This document shows positions 15,755 to 28,248 of a stretch of 64,000 nt of DNA, piece after piece. The stretch lies in the NCBI RefSeq assembly GCF_009914755.1, contig NC_060933.1; one strand, written 5' to 3'. Position 1 is the first letter of the stretch. Every line of letters begins with the position of its first letter. This DNA is from the human T2T-CHM13v2.0 reference genome, Homo sapiens. The notes under the pieces are model-generated. The model did not search any database, was not told where the DNA came from, and saw only the letters and a list, made by a program, of their open reading frames with translations. The position numbers were made by a program, and so were the translations under genes.

Positions 15755-16936
15755 TAGTTTCTCTGAAATTTCACACCCATCAGCCTTATTCCCTTATCTT
15801 CTCGGAGGAAGACTTCCCTCCACTTCTTTCCAGGCTAGGAAAGGAATATCCTCCATATTGCCACAGGACCTAGGCCTATTAGTACTCTTTCTTGGACATC
15901 TGCAACCTCCAACCTTCCTGCCTCCACTGATTCAAACTCTTCGCAGTTCTTAAATGTGCTAAAGATCCCTCCACACCAAAGGTCAATCGTGGATTCTCTC
16001 TTAATTTCCTGATAACTGCTTCATTTTCTTCCCTTGCTCCTTCGACTATCCACCTCTTGGCTAGACATCACATGCATGATTACATATACCAGGTAGATCA
16101 CCAATACGCTGATTAGGCCTAAATGCCTAGCCCTGACTGAATTAGCCCAAACTTACCACTAAACCCACATTTTCAACCTCCTGATAGAATCACAAGCATG
16201 TCTCACATGCACATCAAATGCGACCTGGAAAGCAAAGAACTTGCTATTCTTCCCCCAAATGACAGTTCCCACTATTTGGGGACAGACCATTTCTACTCTA
16301 TGTCCCCAAGCTGAAAAACTGTCTTTGCTGCCTTTTTGCTTACTCTTCATACGGATCTATTCATTGATTAGTTCCGTGGCTGTCAATATACAGTTGAATT
16401 CTTTACGATCCGGTTTGTGGCCTACATCCAACACCGACTGAGCACTTGCTAAGTACTGGGATCTGAAGATTACTCAGCCACTGTCTCCACGGAGATCATC
16501 GTTAACGGGAGAGAAAGCCACGTAAAACACCACGTTAGATGGAGAAGCACAGAGGACACCACCTCCACGAAAAAGTCTCACACGCGAGAAAGGACCCGCA
16601 CCACAGCACCCGAGCCTCTATTAACCGCCGCCTTCCATCGTGAATTAATACTCTCGCTTTCAGCGTTATTATCAACCCCCTGCAAGCAATCAAGAGGCTG
16701 GGTTAAGTCCGGCTGGAGGGGCAGCAGGCATCCCTGGGCTGTCGCGCCTCCCAGCGCCCCCGATGGAGCAGGTGGCAAGGCTGCAAAAAGAATTTAAGGC
16801 TCTAGGAAAGAGGTGGTGCAGCCCGCACTCCAGTCCCCGGCCCGCAGCAGGCAGAGGAGGCTCCGGGTCTCCTTCACCCGGACACCGCCGGCGGAGAGGT
16901 CCACTCCCGTGCCCCTACCCTGGATGGATCGCTTAC

Positions 16937-17190
16937 CTGAGGACCCCCAAAGAGAGGTGCGTCCGGCCTCGCCTCCCCAGCCACGCGCAGCCGGCTACCC
17001 AGAGTCCGCTCCCACAGTCCGCACCCAGAGTCGGCTCCGAATTGCGCACGCGTCTCTGTCCGCGGCTCCCGCTCTCTCTCCGACGGCACTAGGCCTCCAA
17101 GGATGGAGGCGCCCTCCAGGGGAAAACGCTGAAGCGCTGCAAAGAAGCCAGCGACTCAATGGGTGCGTCAACTAGGCAGCCCCAGCACTG
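16937..17190 (-). other. ELP1: ELP1 exon 1 (non-coding 5'UTR; 5' end approximate)
   Basis: Consensus donor CAG|gtaagc at 16937/16936 within the CpG island; no ATG on the minus strand in this stretch. Confidence 0.85.
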
Positions 17191-17560
17191 GGAGTGCGGC
17201 GCGGGAGTGACGTCACCAGGCGGAGGGGGCGAGGCCGGGCCCGCTTCTGGTCACTTACGGCGGCCGGCCTTCTTTGTAGGCCTGGCACCGTAGAGGTAGA
17301 GGAGCTACATTGGCCGCGTCCCCTGTCCCTCTGCCCTCTTGCCCATCTGCCCAAACTTTTGTATTTGATCTCTGTTTTGATGTCGAACCCCAAAGCACTG
17401 TAATTGGGGGGGGCGGGGGGGGGGGGTGGAACCTGCGGAGCTGAGAGCAGCGCGCGTGCGCACGACACGCGCTGTGCGCCGGAAGAGCACGCCCAGTCCG
17501 GGCTGCGCGGAGGAAGCGCTGGGGTCCCGGAGGGCGGGGGTGGCGGCGCCGGAGGTCGCC

Positions 17561-17639
17561 ATGGCTACCGAGCCCGAAGCCGCGGAGCCGGTGGTGCCTT
17601 CGCTCGTGGATCGATACTTCACTCGCTGGTACAAACCGG
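17561..17639 (+). CDS. ABITRAM: ABITRAM exon 1 coding part (MATEPEAAEPVVPSLVDRYFTRWYKP)
   Basis: Strong Kozak gtcgccATGg; donor G|gtaagt at 17640; six exons join to a 181-aa ORF recognised as ABITRAM/FAM206A. Confidence 0.95.
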
Positions 17640-18285
17640 GTAAGTGCGGAGTGATGTTGATCCCTCCTTGGCCGCACTGGCCTAATGCTGTGTAGACTAT
17701 GTTGACAGATCATAAGCCACGCGCGCTCTCCCTGGCTCTCCCTCCCCACGTCAGAAGGCACTGGACTTCTGTGTTCCGTCTAGCCCCAGGGAATGGCATT
17801 TGCAAAGACCTGGTGGCCTGAAATACTTCAGGGCGCATTCTGGGGCCGGCGATTGCAGTGCGAGCTCTAGGGTGTTGCTCGCAGTAAGATGAGTACTCTA
17901 AACGGAGGCCCCAAAGGTAGGCGGAGGGCTAGGTTGCAACAGTCCTTAAGTGCCTGGAGGGATTGAGGGGCTCACTCTCACAGGGAGTAGCGATACATAA
18001 AATTATTTAAATGATCAGATCGAAACTAAGGTAGAGGCAGTAGGGATGGCGAGAAGAGGGTGGGTTAGATTAGAGACATTTAGAAAGAAGAAGAATCTAT
18101 ACATTTACCTTAAGAGACGCCATCTGCCACTTAGAAGTAGGTATTCTTTTTGTACTGTTTTGTGTAAGCAGAACCAGTGGTGGGAGCATCGTTGGGGACT
18201 CTCCTTTCTTCCTTTCATTCAGTGATAATGGTTATACTCAGTTTAAAAAATATATATTGTAGCATATTTTCTGTTGGCCAAACAT

Positions 18286-18375
18286 AGGGTGACCAACCTG
18301 TCCTAGTTCACCCATGACTGAGGGGTTTCCCAGAATGTCGGACTTGCACCAACATCAGGACAGTCCTGGAAACCA
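18286..18375. mobile_element. MER94-like hAT-Blackjack fragment
   Basis: agggtgaccaacctgtcc...gactgaggggtttccc resembles the MER94 terminus. Confidence 0.6.
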
Positions 18376-18711
18376 CCAACAAAAAATATATATCATAAAG
18401 AACGGGATGCTAATTGCATTTTCCTAGCAAAAATACTACGTGTACTCATTTTGAAGTGAGTGTAAAGTAAGATGGAGCAAGGAGTTAATTACCTTAATGT
18501 TGAATAAATTATTCTATCTGGGCCAGATCTCTTTAAATACTTTCTAGGAAACCTTTAGGTATGTCTTTTTGAGTAATGAAGGGATACCCGTGATCAGCAT
18601 GCAGCATGTATGTGTCCAGTCTTCATTATCAACTATATGACCCAAAGAAAGTACCACATAGTGGTAGTAAATATTGATTTCAGCCACCAACAGACTCATG
18701 TATTCTTCTAG

Positions 18712-18763
18712 ATGTCAAAGGAAAATTTTGTGAGGACCACTGTATACTACAGCACTCTAACCG
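18712..18763 (+). CDS. ABITRAM: ABITRAM exon 2 (52 nt; DVKGKFCEDHCILQHSNR)
   Basis: Acceptor ttctag| and donor CG|gtaagc; phase 1/2. Confidence 0.95.
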
Positions 18764-19381
18764 GTAAGCAAATTGGGAATTTTAAATTATCAAAAATTTT
18801 TTTTTCCTGGTATTGTAGCCTGGTATGGTCTTGTGGTCTTGGATTGAACAAATGTTCACTAAACAAACATGCATTAATTATCTTCTACTGTGTTGAAATG
18901 GTATTATTATAGGAGTTTGTTTGGCAAGAATGAGTATTCCAGTGCCTGGCCACTCTGAACATATAAATTTGATTACTCAAACATCCAAATGGAGGACCAC
19001 ATCATCAGCTGCTACTTGAAGTGGCCAGTCTGTGCCCAACTACTGAACTGTTCAGAGCCCACAGAAAGGGCTACGGTAGAGACACTTATGGTATCTCGTA
19101 TACACAGGCATGCCTTATTTCTTTGTCTTCTACCCCAGTGCTACCTACCTAAAGACCTCTGGTACTCTTCCCTTTCCTGGGAAAGAAATTCAATCTTGTT
19201 TTCTCTTTTATTATTGTATTCTCTATTCTACAGTTATGCCCCAATAGTAGCCAAAGGAAAAAGGGGGAAGATGATAGTTTGACTAAACAAATACCAGTTC
19301 ATACATTCTTGTTCCAATAGGAGTTATGGGAGGAAAAATTATTCCAAGCAATCACACAGGATCAACTTTTTCTCCTTGTAG

Positions 19382-19511
19382 AATATGTGTCATCACATTG
19401 GCAGAATCTCATCCAGTTCTTCAAAGTGGAAAAACAATTAAAAGCATTTCCTATCAGATCAGTACCAACTGTAGCAGACTTCAGAACAAGGTCTCTGGGA
19501 AATTTAAGCGG
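19382..19511 (+). CDS. ABITRAM: ABITRAM exon 3 (130 nt; [43 protein letters not shown])
   Basis: Within ORF 19326..19565; acceptor ttgtag| and donor CGG|gtatgt. Confidence 0.95.
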
Positions 19512-19954
19512 GTATGTTCCTGTAATTCTGTGATTATCTACTTACATCCTCTATATTCATGGTAATGACAGATCCAATGAACTTTAGAATCCAGTAGCAT
19601 ATGCTTAGCATACTTCTCTAGCAGTTTGAGGTGCTAATTTTAGGTATACTTTCACCTAAAGAAATTCTCAGCTCCCCCAAATTAGGTATCTCAGGAGGTG
19701 TAGTATCTGTTATATTAGGTTCTGTGCTACTATCCCTATAATGCCCAGGATGGAGGAGGGGGAAGGCAGGCCTTTGAAAGGAGAACTCTAATAGCAATAT
19801 AACAAGATATTTTGTCCCTTCTAGTTGTATTAAACTAGTATGTCGAGTTCTGTAAAATTTAGGTGACTAACTCTTCTTTACCATATATTTCCACATGTAA
19901 ATTAAACAGAAAAAAAATTCCCAAGGGAGTTAGAAAAAAAAAAAGAAAACCATG

Positions 19955-20286
<332 letters not shown>

Positions 20287-20780
20287 TTACTGTTTTTCCA
20301 TTCCTAAAGCATTGTCAATGTAATACTCATGTACCCACCCCCTGTACCTGCACACAACACTCGGTTATATAGAATGCTATCTCTACCCTCTGTAACTCTA
20401 GGCAAAATGGACAGATTATTAAAAGAGTATCATGCCAAGGAGAATTTAGTGACATGTTAAAATGTCTTAACAAACCCACTGGTTGGGAAAGTTTCTGTGG
20501 ATGATTTAAGTCGTTCATTTACTGAGTTCATACTAAGAGTTTCTGCTAATTGCTCTCACTATTCTAGGAGACCCTTATTCAAACCCCCCTTTGTAGGCCT
20601 GAAGTCCCCTAATAATTACTGATTTATTGTGCTTTACAATTACTGATTTTTCCTCACTCAAGAAACTAGTGGACTTAGAAAAGCATGCACCTCTCTTAAA
20701 CGATAGTCTACAAGTTACAATAACACTTAAGACTTCTGAAGTTTCAATGATAAATCTCTGTCCAAAATAGTAACACTTAA

Positions 20781-21087
20781 GGCAGGTACAGTTGCTCATG
20801 CCTGTAATCCCAGCACTTTGGGAAGCCGAGGCGGGAAGATCACTTGAGGCCAGGAATTTGTGACAAACCTAGGCAACATAACAAGACCTCATTTCTACCA
20901 AAAAAAAAAAATTTTTTTTTAATTAGCTGGGCATGGTGGCATGTGCCTATAGTCCCAGTTACCCAGGAGGCTGAGGTAAGAGGATTGCTTGAGCACAGGA
21001 GTCAAGGCTGCAGTGAGCCATGATGGCAGCACTGCACTCCAGCCTGGATGACAGAACAAGACCCTGTCTCAAAAAAAAAAAAAAAAA
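20781..21087 (+). mobile_element. Alu (AluJ-like)
   Basis: Alu consensus; TSD core agtaacact on both sides. Confidence 0.93.
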
Positions 21088-22270
21088 GTAACACTCCTGT
21101 TACAAGTGAAGAACAGAGAGGGACCTGCATATTGAACCCACTACAGTAAGTTTTCACTGGATCTCAGAACTGCCAATCATTCTCCCAAAGGAGGTGACAA
21201 AAAGGCATCAAAACATTTCTGCTGTTTTGGCACAGACCTAGCTCTTTTGTGTCTGCTCTTTTAACACAAGCCTTCCCCTTCCTTCCAAAAGCAGAAAGTC
21301 ACAATGACTCTAGTATTTTAAAATGAAGAACCCACGTGCGGAGGAGTGAAGCCAATATAGTAATATCTGAATGCCATCTAAAAATGTTTTGAGTGGTAAA
21401 TAAAGGGGTCATAAAGAATAGCATCTTAACCTGAAATGCCTATGTCCACTACAGGAAAAATTCATGGGAGAAAAGAGGGCAACACATGAAACATGCCTGC
21501 ACTGGCTCTCATGAGCCTCCCTGTAGATACTTGTGAGAGCCTCCCCAGGTATATCCATCTAGTGGAGTACATGAAACAATAACCATGCCATGACATTCAA
21601 ATACATACACATCAAAATGTAGTATTGACTCATGGGTCAATTATTTTTATTTTGCTGCTTAAAACTTTTGTTTTCCACATTTTCCTCAAAGTGCATGTTT
21701 TTGTTTTTGTTTTTCTTAACTAGAAAAAATATCCCTTACTAACACACTGGGGAATTACAAAGGGGGAGGGGGGGGGGAAAGAACAATATCCCTTCTTCAA
21801 AAAGTCTTAGTGATTGACCCTGGTAAATAAGTTCCTTTATCTATTAAGTTCTAATATTAAAATGAGGTAGAAATCTTAATGAATCTAACTTTATACAATA
21901 TTGCTCTCATACTGTGTCATGTTGAATTTTATATTGTTTCTTGTTGATGGATTTTCCCACACTTTTGAAATCTTTATACCTGGTTATATGTAGCTTTTTC
22001 ATTTACAGTTGATAAAATATATTATCAGTCTGTAAATTCCCATTTATCATGTGTCTTAGCTTTTTTCCCTAGACCTAGGATGGCACCTGGCACACAGTAG
22101 GTACTTATATTCATATAGGTTCTGAAATTAATGAATGGTTTTTATATACTGAAGTAACTGATTTAAAACACCAGTTCCAGGAATACATCCTGTTATACAC
22201 CTAAGGGCTACTTCTCAAAGGAAAGTGGAAATGTCCATCAACTGATTACTTCTTCCGTCTCATTACACAG

Positions 22271-22347
22271 GGGGCACAGTTTCTAACAGAGCTTGCACCT
22301 CTCTGTAAGATTTACTGCTCAGATGGTGAAGAATATACTGTGTCTAG
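22271..22347 (+). CDS. ABITRAM: ABITRAM exon 4 (77 nt; [25 protein letters not shown])
   Basis: Acceptor acacag| and donor AG|gtgagt. Confidence 0.95.
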
Positions 22348-22459
22348 GTGAGTAACTTTTTAGCCACCATTTAGGAGACCAAAGGGAGGTAATTTTTTTT
22401 CTTAGAAACAATTTTTTTTAACTAAGTAAACATGCTGAAATCTTAAATTTTTTTAATAG

Positions 22460-22529
22460 TTGTGTTAGAGGACGTTTGATGGAAGTGAATGAAAACATCC
22501 TCCATAAGCCATCTATTCTTCAAGAAAAG
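22460..22529 (+). CDS. ABITRAM: ABITRAM exon 5 (70 nt; [23 protein letters not shown])
   Basis: Acceptor taatag| and donor AAG|gtaaaa; GxLMEVN motif resembles the glycine-cleavage H-protein-like fold. Confidence 0.95.
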
Positions 22530-22623
22530 GTAAAAGAGAGAGAAAAAATATGATCTCATCCACATACCTTTTATTGGTTTTTTTTTCATCGTTTGACAGT
22601 ACTAAATGTTCTTTCCTTTCCAG

Positions 22624-22761
22624 CCATCTACTGAAGGCTACATTGCAGTTGTGTTACCCAAATTTGAAGAAAGTAAAAGCATAACAGAAGGGTTACTGAC
22701 ACAAAAACAATATGAAGAAGTCATGGTGAAACGCATTAATGCCACAACAGCTACGTCATGA
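22624..22761 (+). CDS. ABITRAM: ABITRAM exon 6 coding part ([45 protein letters not shown])
   Basis: Acceptor ttccag|; TGA 22759-22761; total CDS 546 nt. Confidence 0.95.
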   Translation, partial: PSTEGYIAVVLPKFEESKSITEGLLTQKQYEEVMVKRINATTATS

Positions 22762-23139
22762 GGATTGACATGGAACAAAAAGCAAAGTGGGATTCTTGTT
22801 ACCTGGCCTAAACCATCAGGGTACTAAAGGAGAAGAACCAGTATATGTAAAGCATACCTAACAGCCAGCCATATGCAGGGGAGGCCTAGTGCTTCACTTA
22901 GTTTTCCCTCTCTGTCTTCATAATGAGCCTTGGTTCCCATTTGTCTACAGCCTGCCAGATCTGGCCTGCCCATGTACTCACACTGTTCTCTTGCATCTCT
23001 CTAACAACTGGCATGCAAGGCATGTTTTTCTGATTAAAAACAAACAAAGCTCTTTGAAGAAGATTTAGAAAATACAGAAGAGTTTTAAGTAGCCAAGTAA
23101 AAATAATTTACCCATCATCCCATAATCCAGAAGTAAATA

Positions 23140-23378
23140 CATTTGACCCTTGAGCAACATAGGTTTGAACTGCAAGGGTCCACTTATGCATGGACTATTT
23201 TCAACTATAAACGAGTCAAAAATATATCATTAACCAAACACGAAACCCACTTATAGAGCAGGTTCATATACTCAGGTTCCAAAGGGCCAACTGCAGGACT
23301 TGAGTTCTCACGTATGGATTTGGGTATATGTGGAAGTTCCTGGAACCAATCCCCTATGTAAACCAAGGGATAACTACT
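23140..23378. mobile_element. MER8 (Tigger-derived) element in the ABITRAM 3'UTR
   Basis: ttgacccttgagcaaca..gtttgaactgcaagggtccacttat...ggaaccaatcccc..ccaagggataact; about 240 nt, matching recalled MER8. Confidence 0.75.
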
Positions 23379-23934
23379 ACATTTTAACCTACTTCTGTTT
23401 GAACATATGGTATGGTTATTGCTTTTGCCTCGTTTTCCTAACAGTTTGAAGTTTAAAAAAACCTAACCCACCTTTCTTACCCAGTCTTCTATAATGTGCC
23501 TACCAAAAAGCCTAGTCCTAGCCCATCTGCCTCAACTCCTCTCCCTTTTAGGTTGTAGGGAAGAGGCCGGAGTGTAGAGTATATTATATCTTCTGTCCCC
23601 CTTATGCCAACAAGATGGCCTTCCCCTCTGAAACAAAGTAAAACTGCAACACTGTGACTTCTTAAATGAGGGATATGTGAAAAGGCTATGAAAAATACAA
23701 AGGCTTTCCTAGGAAATGTGTTATAATGCAGCGGGAAGCTAATTCTTGAAATATGCACATTATAGTTACTCAGTCTCACATACTCTAGTTACTGGCAAAG
23801 AAGTTACTGAGAATATGTCATTCAAAGGCATAGGGGCCTTTGAATGGAACAAATGCTTTCACATCATTTAAAGTAAAAAAAAACCTCCAACAACTGTGAA
23901 TTTATAGTTTAAGAGTGATTTACACTGAATTTCA

Positions 23935-24011
23935 AATAAAAGGACTATAAAACGTGTTATTTTTCTGTAAGGGCTATAACATACATGTCAATATCACTGT
24001 TTTTAAATAAA
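23935..24011 (+). terminator. ABITRAM candidate polyadenylation signals (AATAAA 23935-23940 and 24006-24011)
   Basis: First canonical hexamers noted about 1.2 kb after the stop, each with T-rich downstream sequence. Confidence 0.65.
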
Positions 24012-25668
24012 ATATACTTTTATACAGAAGAAATCATTCGATGTATTAATTCCATTGGTTATCTATCCTCTTATGCTGTTGAAGTCATAAGTTACCCCTT
24101 CCCAACCCCCACTTGCTCTTTCTTTCACTAGAGAACAGTATTTTTTCAGGTATGCAAAAATATTATCTAATGAAAGTACAAGTGGGGGTTGGAATTTTTA
24201 AGTTTTAATTATTTACAAAATAATACTTACTTATTTTGTAAATAAAACAACATTTTGGTTCATAGGAAAAACTTGTAATCTGAGTGCCAGCATGACTATC
24301 CCCCTAAATATACCCCCCAGACATGATACATGTAGTAAGTGGATAAACACCTCCACGATGGTGCTATTAGCTGAAAATATAAACAAACCAGCAGATCCTC
24401 ACTTTAAGTAGCACAATGACTCTTGAAGGCGTCATAAAACTATGACAGTAAACGTAGTAAAAGAATTGTGTATAACATTTTACATATAACATTACCTCAC
24501 ATCATTCTCCCATTATTTCTATTGTAATTTAAAAGAGTACTTTGGTTTCAGAGAATAAAAATCATGCTTAATGATTTTGACTGTTTAAGGAAAGATTTTA
24601 AAAAGGTTATTAACAGAGCTGAGTGCATCACATTTTCTCCCGAAGGACTACAGTGAAAATTTTCCTCAATAAAATATTGACTAGCTGTGGTCAATTGGCA
24701 TTACTGTGGTTCTTCCGGATCTTTTGTGAATACTGATTGTGGTGGCTGACCCAGATAAAGATCATCAGATAAGCTTATATTATCTACTGCCATTTGATAA
24801 CTGACATACCCTGTTAGATTTCAAAATGAATGTCAAAGCATTAAGATACAAATACTACGACTGAAGTCTAACACAAAGTTGGCCATACTATATTATAAGG
24901 AGAAAACCTATAAACCAGATCCTTCAATCATGACCCCACCCACAAAAACAAGAAAAGCTTTAAACTCCTAAATTAAAAAGACTAAAGAAAGATGTTTTTT
25001 GTTTTGTTTTATAGTGAACATTTCAAATGTGTGATATTCAGAATTTAAATAGATTCTTGGCTTCCTTATTCTGTCTTTGTCTTCCATTCCATCAATCAAT
25101 ACTGAGAAAGTTCAAAATATCTTTTAAGTCTATAAGATAGGCTTAGAATCCCAGCTAATATTCAGGGCAGACTGGCCAGCTATGCTAGAACTAGAACCAA
25201 AAACCCATCTCATACTCTCCAGGAGTTGTTCCAGGATTCTGTGGAGTTCCATTACCTTACTTTTGGGAGTAGGTGAGGGACATACACAGCACAGCAGACC
25301 CACCCTTGCTGTACAAAATGCTTATTAGGGAACAAACTTGCTGCTGGCATGGACAATCTGGGACAGGGTCATCAAGGGGATTTTTGTCACACTTGGTAAA
25401 CAGAGGGATTGAAGAGTCCACAGGTTTAAGGAAAACCCTGCATTCACCCAGACTACTGTATGTTTGCTGCTGACATTAGTGATCTAGATGATAAAGAAAA
25501 CAGTTAAGGTAAAATATGCCAAAGCTAAGCACATATTCAAAATAGCTTCTTGTGGATTAAATTGTCCTTGAGACAGTTGGGATATTTGGTTTGACTTTTA
25601 AAGAACATTAGTGCAATGTTCTATTTTAAAAATCACACTACAATTAGAATCTAGCAATTACCAAGACA

Positions 25669-25674
25669 TTTATT
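25669..25674 (-). terminator. CTNNAL1 polyadenylation signal (AATAAA on minus strand)
   Basis: TTTATT on plus strand about 170 nt beyond the CTNNAL1 stop. Confidence 0.75.
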
Positions 25675-25843
25675 AGTTGTCAAAAAGCTTTACAATCAGT
25701 TTCATGATCAGAAAATAGAGCAAAATTTCAATATTGTTTTCTTTATAAAATTGATGAATTTCTGAAAAGATAAAGGATCATTTGATTTTTAAAAATGTCA
25801 GCTTCATCACATGATGTTCCAGAGATCTGACCCCAAAAGCTTC

Positions 25844-25909
25844 TCAAGTTTTACTATCCATAGTGTCCTTATTTGTAACTGAGACCCATCCGTTATTTTC
25901 CATCTGAAG
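25844..25909 (-). CDS. CTNNAL1: CTNNAL1 last exon (19) coding part (LQMENNGWVSVTNKDTMDSKT*)
   Basis: Acceptor ttccag|; TGA 25846-25844. Confidence 0.93.
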   Translation of the reverse strand, partial: LQMENNGWVSVTNKDTMDSKT

Positions 25910-26035
25910 CTGGAAAGAGTTAAGACAATTAGTATCTGGTTTCACTCTGAAAAAAAAATTACAAAATTAAGTAGTAACTATTTTCTTTTAAACCATTTTT
26001 TAAAGTATGAGTCTAAAATAGAAAAACTACCTCAC

Positions 26036-26119
26036 CTTCTTCAGCAGTTTATAACAAAGTGAAAGAAGTTGGACTAAGAGAGCCATCATGGATCTTGTCT
26101 TCGTAATACACTTGTCAAC
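26036..26119 (-). CDS. CTNNAL1: CTNNAL1 exon 18 (84 nt; VDKCITKTRSMMALLVQLLSLCYKLLKK)
   Basis: Acceptor ttgtag| and donor AAG|gtgagg. Confidence 0.93.
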
Positions 26120-26777
26120 CTACAATGACAAAAAGCATGCAAATGATATTCTAAAAGTAGTACTTAAAAGACCTTACCATTTATTTAGTTTTAACATGAT
26201 AAAATTTCTCCATATGGAAATCTAAGGGATCTTGAAAGAGATATGGATTTAGGCACATGAGCTGACTCAAAGCCCCAGGACACAGGTGCAGGGGTCGCTG
26301 CCTAGATTTCATGTCTATCTCATGGAACCCCAGCAGAAAGAGTGGGTGGAAAATTAATCATTCTACTGCAGGCTGTTTAGGGGCTTCTCAAAACACTCCA
26401 AATAGTGGAATTAAATCCCATCCTTTGCAATTCCTTGCACTCTATTTTGTGGGCACAAACCCATATTCTCTCAGACAAATTATGGGAGACCAGACTCGGA
26501 GGCACCTGTGTCCTAGTTGCAGAGGTAATGACTTCAGAATTGAAGGGCAGCTGTTCAGTGCTATGGAATTAATGATGTCCAAAAAACTACTTTATTTGGT
26601 GAATCTGCTACTCTCTGGGGTCAGTTATGAGAGTAGATAATAAATGATTCTTGTAGACAAGGCATGAAAAAAGGAAATAAATTGCCCTTCTGTGGGTACT
26701 AACAGTTTATTTGAAGAAAAAGGGGCTTTAACCAGATAAAGATAGATGTGTGAAAGTTTTTCATATGTCTCTTTTAC

Positions 26778-26891
26778 CTTTAGAAATACTTTATTCTGCA
26801 AAGAAGTCTTAGTTACTGTCTGGAGCTGGTGGCATAGAGGAATTAGCTTGTTTATTTCCAGGAGAAGCATAAGCTTGTCATCGTCTTTCAG
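26778..26891 (-). CDS. CTNNAL1: CTNNAL1 exon 17 (114 nt; LKDDDKLMLLLEINKLIPLCHQLQTVTKTSLQNKVFLK)
   Basis: Overlaps ORF 26625..26870; acceptor tttcag| and donor AAG|gtaaaa. Confidence 0.94.
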
Positions 26892-27036
26892 CTGAAATGT
26901 AATTTAACAAGTTATAACAGCCCGCAACAAAACTCCATCTTTAATACCTTAAACACATTTATACATTGATATTATACCCCCAAAGTAGGTTATACATAAT
27001 ACCACCACCAGCTCCAGGTAGGTAGACATGTGTTAC

Positions 27037-27093
27037 CTGTTTTGAAAAAGCTTGAACACTGGAAGTAAGCTTTAAACCCTCTGCAGCAAAAAC
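27037..27093 (-). CDS. CTNNAL1: CTNNAL1 exon 16 (57 nt; VFAAEGLKLTSSVQAFSKQ)
   Basis: Acceptor taccag| and donor CAG|gtaaca. Confidence 0.93.
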
Positions 27094-28248
27094 CTGGTAG
27101 AAAGAGAAAACACCACTATTTTAGACTGATGTCTATGGATAGTTGGTAAGAAATATACTTACTAATAATTTTTACGTAGAATTTTAAAAATAAAGCCTAG
27201 ATATAAAAAGTCTGTCAGGAACTCCTAAACTTTTTCCAGTACCAGGAATGCACAAGGGTTTAACTGTTTTCAGAAGGAGTTTCCACAGACCAGATGCAGA
27301 ATCCATCCCTGGAGAGGCTTCTCTACACCAGACCTCCAATTATTCTGGAGGGTCACACAGACCTGTGATATTCAGCCACACAAATTATGTCTAGATTACG
27401 CAAGGGACCTAGAGCTCATCTCAAATATGCTCAATTATAAAAGGATGATGAATTTTCAAGCATGAGGTCAAAAGGGTTAGGACCTTCCCAATTCCATCTA
27501 GGCAAGACAAAATTTGTCACCCATACATATTCCATAACCAGACATTTGAGAGAACCAATCCAGGTGGTTGGTTTTTGTTGCCACTTTTTTTCAGATTAAT
27601 TTTCACTATTCACCATGTACCATGAATTCTATAATTTAATGAGATGAACAGGATGATGGAGAAGTAGAGTGAAAAAGAAGGTTGTACAGGTAAGACAGAA
27701 GTATTTAGCATATTATGTTAAAATGGTTTGCAGACTATTTTAGAGTGAGATGCCAGGGGAGTAAAGGGAGGAAGGCTTAGTTTTAGGTGGCGTCAGTAAT
27801 AATGGAGAGAACAGGGAAAATCTGAGAGTGGTTTGTGAATGAAAATAATAGGTCTTCATAATAAATTAAAGAATACTAAGAAGGAGGAGGCAATAATTCC
27901 AGGGTTAATTTTTACCCTCTATTCAAAAGGCTTAACACCTTGCTATCACTGGATAAAATGATCTCAAGGTCAAATCGTACTTTGCAACCTTCCCTTTAAA
28001 AGGGAAACCAGTAAGCTTTACATCTAGACTCCAACCAAATGAAATGATTCACTTCCCCAAGTGTTCCTTATCACTTCATGTTACCACTTTCTATTCTGCA
28101 AATTTTCTCTTTCCTTCTAGCCTGCAAACCCCTTGGGGACAAAATCCATGTCTGTCTCATACAGTATGATGGTTTTAAAACTACCTGAAAGCTGGTAACT
28201 CCCAGGTCTCTGTCTCCACTCCTGAACTATCCTGACATCAGTCTTGTA

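Larger units (their letters stand above)
16700..17760. promoter_or_regulatory. CpG island / bidirectional ELP1-ABITRAM promoter
   Basis: Dense CpG, divergent first exons. Full CRE TGACGTCA 17208-17215, half-CRE 17164-17170, inverted CCAAT 17309-17313, GC box in G-tract 17406-17426, NRF1-like CGCGCGTGCGCA 17451-17462, ETS CCGGAAG 17479-17485. Confidence 0.92.

Noticed and set aside
16578-17761. Cluster of overlapping 66-168 aa ORFs on both strands
   Set aside because: Expected from stop-codon scarcity in a CpG island; only ABITRAM exon 1 has Kozak, splice and frame support.
21553-21568. Second CTCF-like motif (tccactagatggat on minus strand)
   Set aside because: Lacks the GGC(A/G) end of the core and any upstream motif; too weak to call.
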